From Sminthopsis crassicaudata (lineage: Eukaryota): 64,000 nucleotides of DNA. Every line of letters starts with the position of its first letter. Position 1 is the first letter of the stretch. A model generated the notes under the pieces. It was not told where the DNA came from, made no database searches, and was given only the letters and a program-made list of their open reading frames with translations. Below, in pieces: positions 35,753 to 49,120 of this stretch. The position numbers and the translations under genes are program-made. The stretch covers positions 299,035,146 to 299,099,145 of the forward strand of contig NC_133621.1 of the NCBI RefSeq assembly GCF_048593235.1, read 5' to 3'.

Positions 35753-38700
35753 GCCTTCCAATCAAGCCAGAATCAGACCACTCGTGATTCTTGAGATTCT
35801 CTTATTCCTAATAAAGTTGCTGCTGATGATAACAGCTGACATTGTCTTTTATTCTGGTCTGGGATTTAGGGCTGGGTTTGGAATTGGGGAGAATTGAGTG
35901 AGCTTGGACAGATCCCTTTACCCAAATGGCCTTTGTCTCTAATGTCTAATGTCTCTAAGACAGGAGTTCTCCCCCTATGGTCCATGGGTAATTTTCAGAT
36001 TGGAAAAAAAAATCATCTTTACTAGCATTAGCCTCTGTAGTAATATTCTGTGATTTTTTTATATTTGCAAAAATATTATTCAAATTCACATCACATTTTT
36101 GCCCTTTCAATAGGAGAGGAAGAATGATAGGGGGGAGAGAAATTTAAAATAAAGTTATTAAATATATAATAAAGAAAGCATTCATAAAATGAATAACAAG
36201 GATGACAACACCATCACATTATTGTGAGAAGGGGTTCCTGGGACTATCAGGAGCCCAGGCTATAACATAAACAAAGGTGACAATCTCTGATAAGCAATGG
36301 GGAAGGAGTTTCCCAGGTTGTAACTGCAGGGGAACCTCTGTGTGTTAGGAAAGGAAGGGGATCAGATCACAGACCCTGGGCAAGTGCACCTGCTGGATCC
36401 AAACCAAAGAATCCTGCGTCCCTTTGAGGACCAACCAAGGAAGCTCAGAGAGATCTGCAAGCACGATTTGAGGAGAATGGGAAGACATTCCCTGCTGGGT
36501 TTAAATTTGGCCTCTAATATTCACTGCCTACATGACCTTGGAGAAACCCTTGAACCCCAGTTTCCTCAAGGGTAGAATGAAGAACTTGGTCTCTCAGGTC
36601 CTTCCAGCTTTCTACATTTATGCTCCTATGGTCTCAATCACTCCCTAGTCTCAGTTTCTTCTTGTGAAACATGAGGAAGTTAGACTCAATGGCTTCTGAG
36701 GTTCCCTGTCTGAGTCTCTGATCTCTCCTCTCCTCCTCTGAAGTCCGATAAATTCCAATATTTCTTACCATCAGGCAGGGAAGAAAGCAAGAGATCATCT
36801 CCCAAGGACTGTATTCATGGCTGCTTCTGGCTCAGCCTCAAACTCAAAGGCTTTTTATCCCCATAAAATCACCTTGGCCGGCAGTGGCCAAGGACACTGT
36901 ATGTGCTCTGATATAGAGTCCAGAGCCCTCCACTGCCCAAGCTCAGAGATGGGCTTACCGCTCCTGGATCCAAGCTTGACTATAGGCCTGCTTGGCTGGA
37001 AGAGGGCTGCCCTCTCCACATCTAGACTCCCCACAGCAGAAGGCAGTGACTGGTCTACAGACCTTTGGAGACCCCAGACCCAATATCAGAGAGAGGAATA
37101 GCTGGGGCTCCCAGCCCTAGATGGAAAGAGCTTCAGGGTGCCTGGAAGTCCAAAAGTTAGAGCCAGGTTCCAGTGCTGTCTGAGCTGGGAATTGGCTGTG
37201 TGGCTGAGGGCAACTTTATTATCTCTCTCTGTGCCCGGTTTCTTGGGTCAGAAGATGGCCTGAGGTCTTGACATGCACTCAGAGAACACTGACTCCCTCT
37301 CCCTGAGCAGACTGGGAAAGAGACAGAGAGGGACTGGAGGTGTGATTTTGATTCGGGCACTTCCAGAATGAGAGGTCAACAGCTTCTTTGCCAGGAGCTC
37401 ATGGAGGTCCAATCATTTCTTCAAACTGATCTTTTGGGCAATAAGTGAAATGTGGTCATTGAATCGGGGTCCCATTGGCTCACCCCACTATCTCTAGTTA
37501 GGAGGTAAATTTTCAGCCACACTCCTAGAGCTCATGGTCTGAGGGCAGCAGGGCATGTATAAAGATATAATAATAAATAAATTTTGAAAAAAAATCCCCC
37601 TTCCTTCTTTTGTCAATAGGGCTGCCTGAGCACTGACAAGTCAGTGACTTCCTATGAGCCCAGATATCTATCCATTGTACCACATTGCCTCTCAGGAGTA
37701 TATTAGGAACAAGGAATGGACCTAGGAGTTCCCAAACGAGAGGGTTCCCTCTACCAATGCAAGTTGACACTCTTGGCCCCAGGAGAGGTATGGAGAACAC
37801 AGGGGCTTAGCCAGGGTGGCACTGCCAGTGTGTGTTTGAACTGGAACCCAGAGCTTCTATAAGGGTCAGGAGACCATGCTGCTGCTCTCTAAGATCCCTT
37901 TGCTATAGTCCTATGTTCTAGGCACCAGCCCCAACCTTCTCCCAGCTCCAACACTAATCTTTTGAGTCCCGGCCTCCATTTCTCCTAACACATCCTTGGT
38001 TTCCCATCCCCTTTTTCTCCATCCCAGAGGGAGAGGAAGCCTCAGAGCAGAAGTGGAGATGGCTTCAGAGCACCAGGAAAACCCAGCCCCTACATGGTCG
38101 AGCATTGTGGGGGACCACCAGGAAACAGACATCCCCTTCCATTACTGCTGCGACCTGACTACCATGCTCACCCCCACTGGAGTCTCTAAGATGGATCAGG
38201 TGATCCTAGTGGGAAAACTCCAGGCAGCCACCCCCAATAGAAGTCTATAAGTATAAATAGAAATTTATAGATAAAGGATTTAGAGGAGAAGTGAGTTTTC
38301 CATTCCACCATCAATCAAAAAGAGGAAACTGAGAGAACTGAGAGCATTAGGACTATAAGTGATTAATTTGGGGAATTCCCCACCAACACTGACTCCATCC
38401 GAGTTCTCAGTTTGGACGCTAGCTCAGTTCCTTTTCTATTCCATTATGAGCCTAATCAAAATTCTTTCTTGGGAAAAAACCTTTTTTTAATCGTAGAATT
38501 TGGGAGAAAGCCTTATTGTATTTTTTGGACTTAACTTTGCAGAGCCTGGAAGCTGGAGCAGCCCTCCCTGATGTTTAGAGACTCTTTAACTGAGGAGCTA
38601 AGTTATGCTGACTTGAAAACCTGACTGAGGTAAGGAGCTGTCCAGCAATTATACAATTCAAGAAACCTGTATGTCTCACCTGAAAACTAGACCTGCATGC

Positions 38701-39719
38701 ATCAATCAGTTATTGTTTCCACATTTTGGAGACCATACAAAGAGAGGGAGAGGAGAGACATCTGTTTCTCTGAATTCAGGAAATTGTGCCTTTTTGACCT
38801 TATCAATTTGGAAAGCTCCTAATCTTTCTTTCAATGGGAAATCAGATTTCTTTTTATGAATTGGCTTCATTTCCTTAATTATTTTCCATGTATAAAAATC
38901 TGACTCACCTTATATTTGGGGTGGATTTCTATGGCGAGGAAGGGGCCTGGTTCTGGTTGATTAGACGATTGTCAAACATTGTATAATACATTGATAAGAT
39001 GTGAAGATGGTGCATTGTGTACTCAATCATTTAATCATTCACCCATAACAACTAGGAAAGCAGTTGAGGCAAAGATTGTTATCTCTTTTTTTTTTAATAG
39101 AGAAGGACACTGAGATTCAGAGTGTACATATGACATGCTAATGGGTCACGTAGCTAGCAGGGTGGGGGAAGGGAATGATGAATGAGGGGGATGGTTCCGG
39201 GACTGTGGTGGAAATGAAGGGGCTGGAATCAGGTTCAGGATGGGAGTTACTTGGGGTTGGTGAGGGGCTTGGGAGGAAGGGAGCTATGTCTATTCTGCTC
39301 TATTCACTGTTGGGCGCTTCCTTTGCCTGGTAATCACGGTTTTAGTTTCTCCAACCTCTCCAAGGTTCAATGAGTGATTATCTTGCTTTGGAAATAGATA
39401 GTAGGAGAAGGAATAATTAGGGGTGCTGGGCTTAGGGACCTGAGCATTGCCTGCAAATACAAAGGGGCTGTCCTACAGGAGAGAATTTAGGCTGGTCCTG
39501 CTCAGCCCTAGAGGCAGAACAAAGTGCAGAGGGACCTATCCATTCAATCCAACACTAATGGCTGGGCAGTGGAAACTAGGAGGACGTTTTCTATCGTTGG
39601 ACGTCTTCAATAGATTTTAGATGGGAAAAAAATCTTTATTTTCACTAAGTTCTTTTCCTAGTACTCTTCTGTGTTTTATTATATATATATCAAAACATTA
39701 TTCCAATTAATAAAATTAG

Positions 39720-39960
39720 GGGCAGCTAGGTGGCGCAGTGGAGAGAGCACCAGCCCTGAATTCAGGAGGACCCGAGTTCAAATCTGATCTCAGACACTTA
39801 ACACTTCCTAGCTGTGTGACCCTGGGCAAGTCACTTAACCCCAGCCTCAGAAAAAGAAAAAGAAAATCTGACCTCAGACACTTAACATTTCCTAGCTATG
39901 TGACCCTGGGCAAGTCACTTAACTCCAGCCTCAAAAGAAAAAAAAAAGAAAATAAAATAA
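39720..39960 (+). mobile_element. WSINE1-like SINE with a second 5'-truncated SINE copy in its tail
   Basis: GGGGCAGCTAGGTGGCGCAGTGGAGAGAGCACCAGCCCTGAATTCAGG..., after which the 3' half (TCTGACCTCAGACACTTAAC...CAGCCTC) repeats, ending in an A-rich tail. Confidence 0.9.
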
Positions 39961-41230
39961 ATTAAAATAAAATGTTACTTGCCTTTTCAATGGAAGCCCC
40001 CACATCTGTGTTGCCTACTGACTGCTGGGAGCTCCCTCTGCCTGTTAATCATGGTTTTGTTTCTTCAACCTCTCTGTATTCATAGAGTGATTTTCCTGCC
40101 TCTGAGAAAGATGATGGGAGAAGAATAGTCAGGAGTGTTGGCCTTGGGTATCTGAGCCTTCCCATCAAATACAGAGGGGAGGATGGTCTTTCCTCCAGCT
40201 GGCCCCAGTGAGATGTGTGAACTCCAGTTTAAGAACTATTATCTTAGGGAACTATCTCAAGCACTGAGAAGTTAAGGGACTTGGGAAGTGGGATTTGACC
40301 CTGGAATTCCTATTTTGAGGAAGTGGATCTCTATCCACTATGATGCTCTAATTTTAATTCTATTAGGATCCCAGTTTGCAGATGAGGAAACACAGGATCA
40401 GAGATCCTGCCTTCAGGTCCCTTTTGTGAGAGGAACAGGGTGAAGAGGAGGGAGGATGGGGAAAATCAGATCCCTTCTTTTCACTCAAGAAGCTTATGCC
40501 CCTCGACCCCTTCTGCCAAACATTCTCTTTGGTTAAAGGAATCCCAAGACCCTGTTTCCTCTGACTCCGAACCTCTGCTTTCATTTCCTCTCATTGACAG
40601 TGGAAGGGTTTGTGGGTGCCTAAAGAGAAGCTGTGTCACAGGTTTGAACCTACTTGGAGTTAGAGGGTCCTGGCTAAGATCCTCAAAGCTCAAGTGACCC
40701 AAGACCCTCAGTTTCCATAAGAAACAAGATCCTTATTTAGGTCTCTCTATGCTGTGCCATCCTCTGTTTAGGATTTCTCCTCCAGATGGTCCAAGAGAGT
40801 GACTCTCAGAGGAGGGTCTTCCCTTCAGAATATGGCCCCCAGCCCCTCCCTGACAGTGTCAGATTCTTGTTCATTCTAAAAGCATGTCTCTCTCCCCTTC
40901 CCCCAGTCTCTCCAACTGCATCCTCCAGAGAAGAGATTAGGGCTTGGTCCAGATTGAGGGAGAAAGGTTAGGAAAGAACAGAACTTGGCTGACCCTTCCA
41001 GAAAGACTTCAGAAGTGCCGCTGGCCCCGCCTCTCAGATACTCCCTCTCTCTTTTTATGCTCTCTTTGGGCGAAGAGTGCAGCAGTGGAGGGCTGGGGTT
41101 GCTCAGTACTCCATCTATTTGAAGGGTCCGATACCTCCCTGCGTTACACTTTCTGGCTTAAAGTTGAACCTTGTCCTACCGGGACCCAGAGCAACCAGGA
41201 GAACCACAGGAGCATTTCGCATCCTCCACA

Positions 41231-43681
41231 ATGCCCCAAGTGAGTGCGCCAGGGTCCAGGCGGCGGGTGTCCTTGTCCACGGTATAGGCTGAGGGGCCAG
41301 GGCTGAGGGATCCGGTGCTTGGAGAGAATCTTGGACACTCGGGAGGGTTCTGCTCCAGAGCGGATGGGGGATGGGGATGTGTTGCTCTTCTTCTCTGTAT
41401 GGGCTCTTCTCCTTCTCTGTCACCTCACCCTGACCCTCCTTTACCACCATCACCACTCCCAACTTGAACTAGTCGTGATCCCTGGCTGCTGGTCCGAAGT
41501 TTTGACAAGCAAGTGAGTCCAAAGAGATGCTGGAGAGAGGGCAGGTGGGGAAGTGGGACCTGGCATGGAGGAGAGTTAGGGTCTCCATCTCACACGGGCT
41601 GTGGGGAAATGCCCTTTGTTGAGTTGAGAAGGAAGAGGAAAAGATGAAGTGACCTAGATTGGGACTAAGACTTGACTCTAGAGAATGAGAGTTACTCTTC
41701 TTGAAAATTTACCTCCTTAGATGAAAGTAGCTTTGGGAGAATGGAAGAATGGGTCAGGGCGGGAGGAAACTGAGCTAGCCATCAGGAAGTTTCCCTGTTG
41801 AGTTTCATCATGACCCAAGTGCCAGATACATATGATGCCAGCCAAAGATGGCACTGAGGAAGCCTGTGTCACACAGAGAGCCCGGCTGTAGGACTAGGGA
41901 AAGTGTAGGTGCCACTTCTGATTCTGTTGCTCACTTGTGTGATCTAGGAGAAGTCAGTTCTTCCTAATTTGAGCCTCAGAATCCTGATGAGTAAAAAGAA
42001 GAATGAACTGGATCAATCTATTAGGCTAGATCCTCATTTAACATATGGTAAAAGTGAGCCCCAGAGAGACTTCCTCAAGGTCGCGGAGCTGAGACTGATT
42101 CTAACTTCAGCACCATTAGTCTGGAGAGAGTCTGCTTCCCTAGAACCTTTCAGGAGGGTGGCCTCTCACCAATCGGAAGCTGCAGGTCCCCTCCGCTCCC
42201 AGCATGCCCTAACTTTGCTGTATCTGGTCTTTTCAGGAAATTTTAATTGAAAATATGAAACTCCAAACTGGATCGCACATAAAAGTACTGGGAGATATAA
42301 AACCTGGTGCCAATCTGTAAGTGACAGATGGGAAGGATGAGATAAATGTTAATGATGGGTGAGAGCTGAATCCTTAAAACATCCGGTTGCACTTGATCCT
42401 TGAAAACCAAGGTGGTTTTCCCTTAGCATTAGATGGCAGAGCTAGGACTCTGCATCAGGAAAAACCTGCTAACAGGAGCTTCCCAGTAGCTTCAACAAGT
42501 AGTGAGTTCCCTGTCTCTGAAAGGAGTACAATATAAACCATGTTAGGGTGGGTGGAGGGGGAGTACTGCAGAAGAGCATCCTTAGTGCTTCAGGTCAGAA
42601 TGGGGTGAGTCCCTTTGGGGGTCTTCCAGCTCAGGGATTTCTGAACGGGGAATTCCAAGGCTCAGAGGGTCCATGCCAATGATAATGGTGTGTTCCCCAT
42701 TCCCAGATTTCGAATTAACCTGGGCAAGGATGAAAATACCATTGGCCTACACTTCAACCCACGCTTCCGCCCCTACTTCCAAGAGAATGTCATTGTCTTC
42801 AATACCTTAAAGCATGGAAGATGGGAACAAGAAAAATGGGAGAGGAATACCTATTTTGTGCCAGGGGAGAGAGTATTGGTAAGAACCTGGAATCATATCA
42901 TGGAATGTCTGGAAGGATGCAAGAGATGTTCCCAACCTCCCCCCTTTCATTTGACAGAAGAGACCTGGAAGGGAGTTCTGGTGGGGGGGGGGAAGACAAA
43001 ATGCTAGAGGGGAAAGGGAGTTTGCAAAGGTCAGTGGAAGAATCCCAGCATCCCTTGAACTGAGGAGAGGTTGGGGAGAATGGGAGGGAGGGAGCTGGGA
43101 AGGGCAGTGATAGCAATGGGATAAGAGGAGACTCTGGAGTGTACCAGAAGCCACCATAAAACCCTAGATTAGGTTATACTGTAACACATTTAATATGCAT
43201 TGGATTGCCTGTCATCTAGGGGAGGGAGGGGAAAATTTGGAAAAATGAATATAAGGGATAATATTATAAAAAAATTACTCATGCATGTGTACTGTCAAAA
43301 AATGTATAATTATAAAATTAATTTTTAAAAATAAAACCCTAGATTTAGAGCTGGAGAGAACTTCAGGGGATATCTTGTTTTACCCCTTCATTTTACAGAG
43401 AAGGAAACTGAGGTTCAGCATGGGGAAATCATTTCCCTAAGAATATACAGTGTCATCTAGTAAGAGTCTTGGGGTCTTCTTGTCTCCAACCCCAGGGTTC
43501 TGTGTTCATCTCCTTCTGCCTTCTCTCCATTCAGATTTGCATCATCTTTGATGGGAAGCAGTTTTTGGTAAATCTGCCTAATGACAATCAGGTCGTTTTC
43601 CCCAATCGCCTTAACTTGGAAGAGATTAACTTCATGTCAATTAATGGTGATTTCACTATCAAAAAGGTGGATTTCGAATGA
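41231..43681 (+). CDS. G4: galectin-1-like protein, 135 aa, R73W/G69E site variant
   Basis: Exons 41231-41239 (ATGCCCCAA|gtgagt), 42237-42316, 42707-42878, 43535-43681. Protein MPQEILIENMKLQTGSHIKVLGDIKPGANLFRINLGKDENTIGLHFNPRFRPYFQENVIVFNTLKHGRWEQEKWERNTYFVPGERVLICIIFDGKQFLVNLPNDNQVVFPNRLNLEEINFMSINGDFTIKKVDFE. The C-terminal FPNRLNLEEINFM closely matches galectin-1 FPNRLNLEAINYM. AATAAA at 43739. Confidence 0.93.
43171..43331 (+). mobile_element. Short L1 3' tail in G4 intron 3
   Basis: TSD TAAAACCCTAGATT at 43157-43170 and 43332-43345. Confidence 0.88.
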
Positions 43682-44831
43682 GCCCTTCAATCAAGCCAGA
43701 TTCAGACCACTCCTGATTCTTGAAGCTCTCTTATTCCTAATAAAATTGCTGATCATAGTAAGAGCTGAAATTGTTACTGTGGTCTGAGAGATAGAGGCTG
43801 GGTTTGGAGTTGGGGAGGATGGCTGAATGAGGCTGGACAAGTCCCTTCACTTGAATGACCTTTGCTAAGTCCCTAGGACAGGTGTTCTCCCCTTGGGATC
43901 CATGGTTAAATTTCAGAGGGGAAGATTTTGATCTTTATTGCCATTAACTTCTCGTTTGCCTAGTATTATTCTGTCTTTATATTGAAAACATTATTCTACT
44001 TCATACCATATTATGTGCCTTTCGGATAATTAGGGGAAGAGTCAAAGCAAGGGAGAGAATTTGGAATTCAGTGTTTAAAAATGAATGTTAAAGATAAATG
44101 AAAAAAAAAAACTTTCACAAAATGAATAATAAGAATAACACCACACCACATTATTGTGAGGAGGGGTCCCAAGGCTTGTCCAGACTGTCAGGAGCCCAGG
44201 ATACAACACAAATAAAGATGACAGTCACCTAGGAACATGCACACTACCTGATTAGCAATAGGGAAAGGATTTCTCGGAGTCATAAACCTCAGAGGAACCT
44301 CTGGGTATTAGGGAAGGGAGGGACTAGACCACAGACCCACCGCTAGGAAGCTGCTGAATCCAAGCCATCGAAACCCTGTGTCCCTTTAAGGATTAGCAAA
44401 GGAGACTCAGAGAGATCTTCAGGCAAGATGGGGGGAAAGTGGGAACATATTCCCTGACTCTGGAGTCACAGGAATTGAATTTGACTTTGGCCTCTGACAC
44501 TCACTGCCTAGATGACCTTGGAGAATTCCCTGGGCCTGTCTCCTCAGGAGTAAAATGAAGAGCTTGGCCTCCAAGGTCCTTCCAGTTCTCTCTATATCTA
44601 TGATCCCATGGGTCTAAGTCATTCCCTTGCCTGTAACATGAGTTAGTTGGACTCTGGCCTCTAAGGTACCTTCTTTGAGCCTATGAGCTCTCCTCTCATC
44701 TGCTGAAGTATAATAAATTCCATGAGCGTCTCATACATTCATGTGTGTCCCCCCCCCAAACTCTTCACATCTTTTAAAAGTACTAGCTCCTAGATTTAAG
44801 ACTGAAAGTCCCAGTCTAAATCCCTTGGTTG

Positions 44832-44924
44832 TAATTTGGAAAAATGAATACAAGGGATAATGTTATAAAAAAATTACTCATGCATATATACTGTCAAAAA
44901 TTTATAAATAAAATTAAAAAAAAA
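44832..44924 (+). mobile_element. Very short L1 3' tail
   Basis: GGAAAAATGAATACAAGGGATAATGTTATAAAAAAATTACTCATGCA. TSD TAAATCCCTT(G/A)GTTG on both sides. Confidence 0.8.
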
Positions 44925-45619
44925 TAAATCCCTTAGTTGACCACTGAGGAAACTACACTTCCAGCAGGGAAGTGATTCCCCTACCCAGCAAGTGCCTGCA
45001 ATGGGATTTGAACCCAGGCCTTCCAGATTCCGAGTCCCGCAGCCTGTGAATCAGAAAACCTGCTTATGAATCCCCCCTCCCAAACATGGTAGTTGCGTGG
45101 CCACAGACTATTCATTCAACCTTCCCGATTTTCAATTTCCTCATCCATCCAATGGAGGAAATAGTATCAAATTAAGATTATTCTCAGGAAAGTGAGATAG
45201 AAACACTAGAGCAGGGGAGCTCTCATAATTGAGAGTCAGGAGTGCTGGTTTCAATTCTGGCTCTGCCCTTTACTTTCTGCAGAGATCCCTCCCAGGGCAG
45301 CAATGTTCTCTGTAATATATATGAGAATCCATTTCTTGATCATCCTTAATGATGCAGGTTCTAAGCAGTTCTACCAGCAGGCAGCTTTGATTTTGAACAA
45401 CTTCTTCCTTATTTTGTGGCAAATCCAGTCTCCTTGTGTGTCCCACCTCTTGGCTTTCCTTCTGAGACCATGAACAAGGAAACTAATCCCTTTTCCACAT
45501 GACAACCCTTAAAATACAGGCGCAGCCCAGGTTTGGGGCTCCCCCTTTCCACTCTTAGAGCAGCAGATTAGGTCCACGTGATAGCTACCCTTTCTCCCTT
45601 CAGGAATCTAGAGGTAATT

Positions 45620-45962
45620 GTGAGAAGTTGAAGGTTTGAGCCCCCATCAGGTGTGTTGCTCCCAATATCACTGGACTGATTGCCCCCTTGCTCCACTGAA
45701 CTGCCTCAATATAAATCAGTTTTCTGAAACTTAAGAGTCTTAAAGCAGAAGTCCTTTGATTAATTTCTATCATTGATCCTCTCAGGAAGTCTGGAGAAGC
45801 CTTTCTGAGTAAAGTTTTTCTTCTAATAGTAGAAGGAAATAATACATTTCAGTTAGAGTTCAGTGAGCTTTTTCCTCTGCAAGATCACAAATCCTTTGGA
45901 ATCTCTCCATGGACCTCAGGCAGATCTGTGAATAAAAACCCCTACCTTAGAGCGTTATCTCA
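45620..45962 (+). mobile_element. Possible solo LTR
   Basis: About 340 bp not found in other units, with TATA-like CAATATAAAT, AATAAAA near its 3' end and a terminal CA. No clean TSD found. Confidence 0.3.
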
Positions 45963-47599
45963 AGAATTGAGAAGTTAGGGAACTTGAGAGGTAGAACTCA
46001 AATCCAAGTCTTCTTGACTTTGAGGGAGTAGATTTCTATGCACTGATGCACTACTTTTAATCTCATTAAATTCCCAATTTATGATGAAACAGCTTTGGGG
46101 AATGGAAGTGACTTGCAACTGTAGACTAGCCTTCTGGTCCCCCTCAAGAGAGGAACAAGAGACAAGAGGGAAAGAGGAGAGAGGATGGGGAAAATCAGAA
46201 TCCTTCCTTCCCTCATGCCCTCTTTTTCCATCCCTCAACCATCCCTCTTTGGCTTAATGGAATCCCAGATACCTCCATCCTCTGACCTTGTACCTCTGTT
46301 TCATTAGGTCTCAATGTCAAGGGAAGGGTATAGGTGTTATTAATTAATTATTAATTAAGGGGAGATGTTTCACAGATCTAGGATCATCCCTAGCATGTAT
46401 TCCATTCTCTGGCAGCATCCAGGTACCCCATTGGGTTACCCACCACCCCTTTCTCTGAGCTAGCACGGCAGGGCTTTCTGAGGAAGCTCAGTGTGCTTTA
46501 TGGTATAGACATGGCAGGGAGCACTTTCTGACAGCAGTAGCCTTGCACCCCTTGAAAAAAGTTGGGCATCCTTCATATCACAGGTACAAGCTTTCCATGA
46601 ACACACCCTCCACTTCCACCTCTAGCTGAGGGAATCAAGCTCAAAGTTAGGGGGATCTACTTGGCTAAGTATTTTATCACTCAACAATGTCCCAAGAACC
46701 TAGTCTGCTGTGCTAAGTGTGGATGTTACACGTAAAGGAAAAGCAAACCCGGTCCTCAAGGGGTTTATGTTCTACCATGCGTTAATGTGTTATTCTTATT
46801 GTTGCTATTTTTTAAACAGATTGTGTTGAATGATTTGAATGAAATGCCTCCGTCATTCACAATGACCATTAGTAACTACCTACAGCTATTCAGTTCTTCA
46901 CAGGGCTTGGAGGATCACACAGAATCTTCTGTCTTCATTCAAGTAGGGATGGGAGAGTATTTCTACCTCCTGAAACCTTTCCACAATCCCTTCTTTGGGA
47001 GCTAGGCAGAGATTATCCTCCCCCAGACTCAAGCAAACTAGGTTTGTGAATTGGTCGGTGTGAGCCCTTCTTTTTCCAAAGGGATCAAAATGACATCACT
47101 CTGTGAGAGATAAGGTGCAGTGTGTTCAGCTGTTCCTGGAGAGACCAGTAGGAACTCAGAATGCTCTACCATACGTCAGGCCCAAATAGTCCATATAACC
47201 AACTCCTACTTCTGGAGGGCGATAAAGTTTGCAAAACACTTCCCTGCAAACAACTCTCTATTTTCCCATTTTAAAGTATCTCTTTGATCATTTTAAAAGA
47301 CATAACAGGTAATTTTCCAAGTCAGACTTTCCTGAATTATTTCTTTTAAGATTTTTACATCAGGTACAGAAATGAGGTAAAGAAAGAAACAGCAAGTAGG
47401 TATATAAAAACTAACATTTTTTGAAGTTTCAAGACCGAAGAAACAAATGTTTAAAACTATACTAAATTGTATGAAGTTTTATTATCTAGGAACAACTAAT
47501 ATAGAACCAGGGAAGCAGAGCCTCTTCAGAATTGACCTGAGAATGAGACCTATTCCAGAATGTCCAAAAGAAGATATTTCCTGAATGAATGTAAATTGT

Positions 47600-47870
47600 T
47601 AGCATTACTGTCTTTCTACCCAAGTTACTTATACCTTTGGAATCCAATTCTTACTGGGCAACAAGAAAATTGGATTTACACACATATATTATATCTAGGT
47701 TATACTGTAACACATGTAAAATGTATGGGATTGCCTGTCATCTAGGGGAGGGAGGGGAAAATTTGGAAAAATGAATACAAAGGATAATGTTATAAAAATT
47801 ACTCATGCATATATACTGTCATAAAATTATAATTATAAAATTTAAAAAAAATTAATAATAAAAAAACCCC
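47600..47870 (+). mobile_element. L1 3' UTR tail
   Basis: GAATCCAATTCTTACTGGGCAACAAGAAAATTGGATTTACACAC... followed by an A-rich tail. Confidence 0.8.
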
Positions 47871-48599
47871 TGGCACCCAAGGGCTACACTGATGTATCTG
47901 GAGTTCAAAATATGCTGATTAAATGGACATTGGGAATGAATCACTAGGACACTTGACATGATCAATTATTTTTTGGCCTTCTGTTTCATGGATTTTGTAT
48001 TTATGTTGAAGTTTTCTTGCTTACCGAGGTAATTCTTTCTGGTCAAACTTAAGTTTTGTGTGTCCTTTAACTAGTTGGATCAGTAACTTGACCTACTTAA
48101 TTCAGATGGTAATGAAAACCCTCATGGATTTCACTTATGCATAAGTAATCCAAGGGAGAACTAGGCTTCTCACTCCATCATCCATAAAAAGGGGAAACTG
48201 AAGAAATTGAGAGGATTGGGATAGCAAGTTAATACTTGTGGGAATTGAGTGAACTACATTGATGCTATTTTGGTACTCAGTTCTGGAGATAGCCTATTCC
48301 CTTTCTTTTTTGGTTATGAATCTAATCCAAATTCTTCACGGGGAGAAAACTTTTTTCATTTGTGGGAACTGGGATGCGATCTTATTGTACTATTTCAACC
48401 TCACCTCCAAGAAAAGGAAAGCTGGATCGCTTCTCCTTGCTACTGAGACTTTAACTAAGGACCTAAGTTATGCTGACCTGAAAGCTGGTCAGATCCAAAA
48501 AAGATTAATGCAAGAAGTTTTTTCACAATCATACATCTCAAATATTATCTGAAAAGTGACTAATCAAAAAGGTATTGTTTCTACAAATCTTTGAATTGT

Positions 48600-49120
48600 A
48601 TAATGAACTGATGCTAAGTGAAATGAGCAGAATCAGGAGATCATTGTACACCGCAACAAGATTATACAAAGATCGATTCTGATGGACGTGGCTCTTTTCA
48701 ACAATCAGATGATTCAAACTAGTTCCAATTGTTCAATGATGGAGAGAGCCATCTACACCCAGACAGAGGACTGTGGGAACTGAGTGTGGATCACAACATA
48801 GCATTTTCACTTTTTTGTTATTGCTTTGCATTTTAGTTTCTTTCTCGTTTGTTTTTCTTTTTGATCTGATTTTTCTTATGTAGCATAATAATTGTATAAA
48901 TATGTATATGTATGTATATATGTACATATATATGTGTCTATATGTACATATATATGTGTATATATATATATATATATGTTTAACCTTTATTGGATTACTT
49001 GCTATCTAGGGGAGGAGATGGAGAGAAGGGAAAGAAAATTTGGAACAAGAGATTTTGCAAGGGTAGATGTTGAAAAATTACCCATGCATATGTTTTATAA
49101 ATAAAAAGCTTTAATTAAAA
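48600..49120 (+). mobile_element. Older L1 3' end containing a (TA)n/(TATG)n microsatellite at 48895-48980
   Basis: GAACTGATGCTAAGTGAAATGAGCAGAA...GGAACAAGAGATTTTGCAAGGG with an expanded TA-rich repeat. Confidence 0.8.

Noticed and set aside
41364-42316. Signal-peptide ORF spliced to G4 exon 2 to give a full secreted galectin
   Set aside because: The donor at 41512 is phase 2 and exon 2 needs phase 0, so the join is out of frame. Only the exon-3 join is in frame (listed as a speculative finding).
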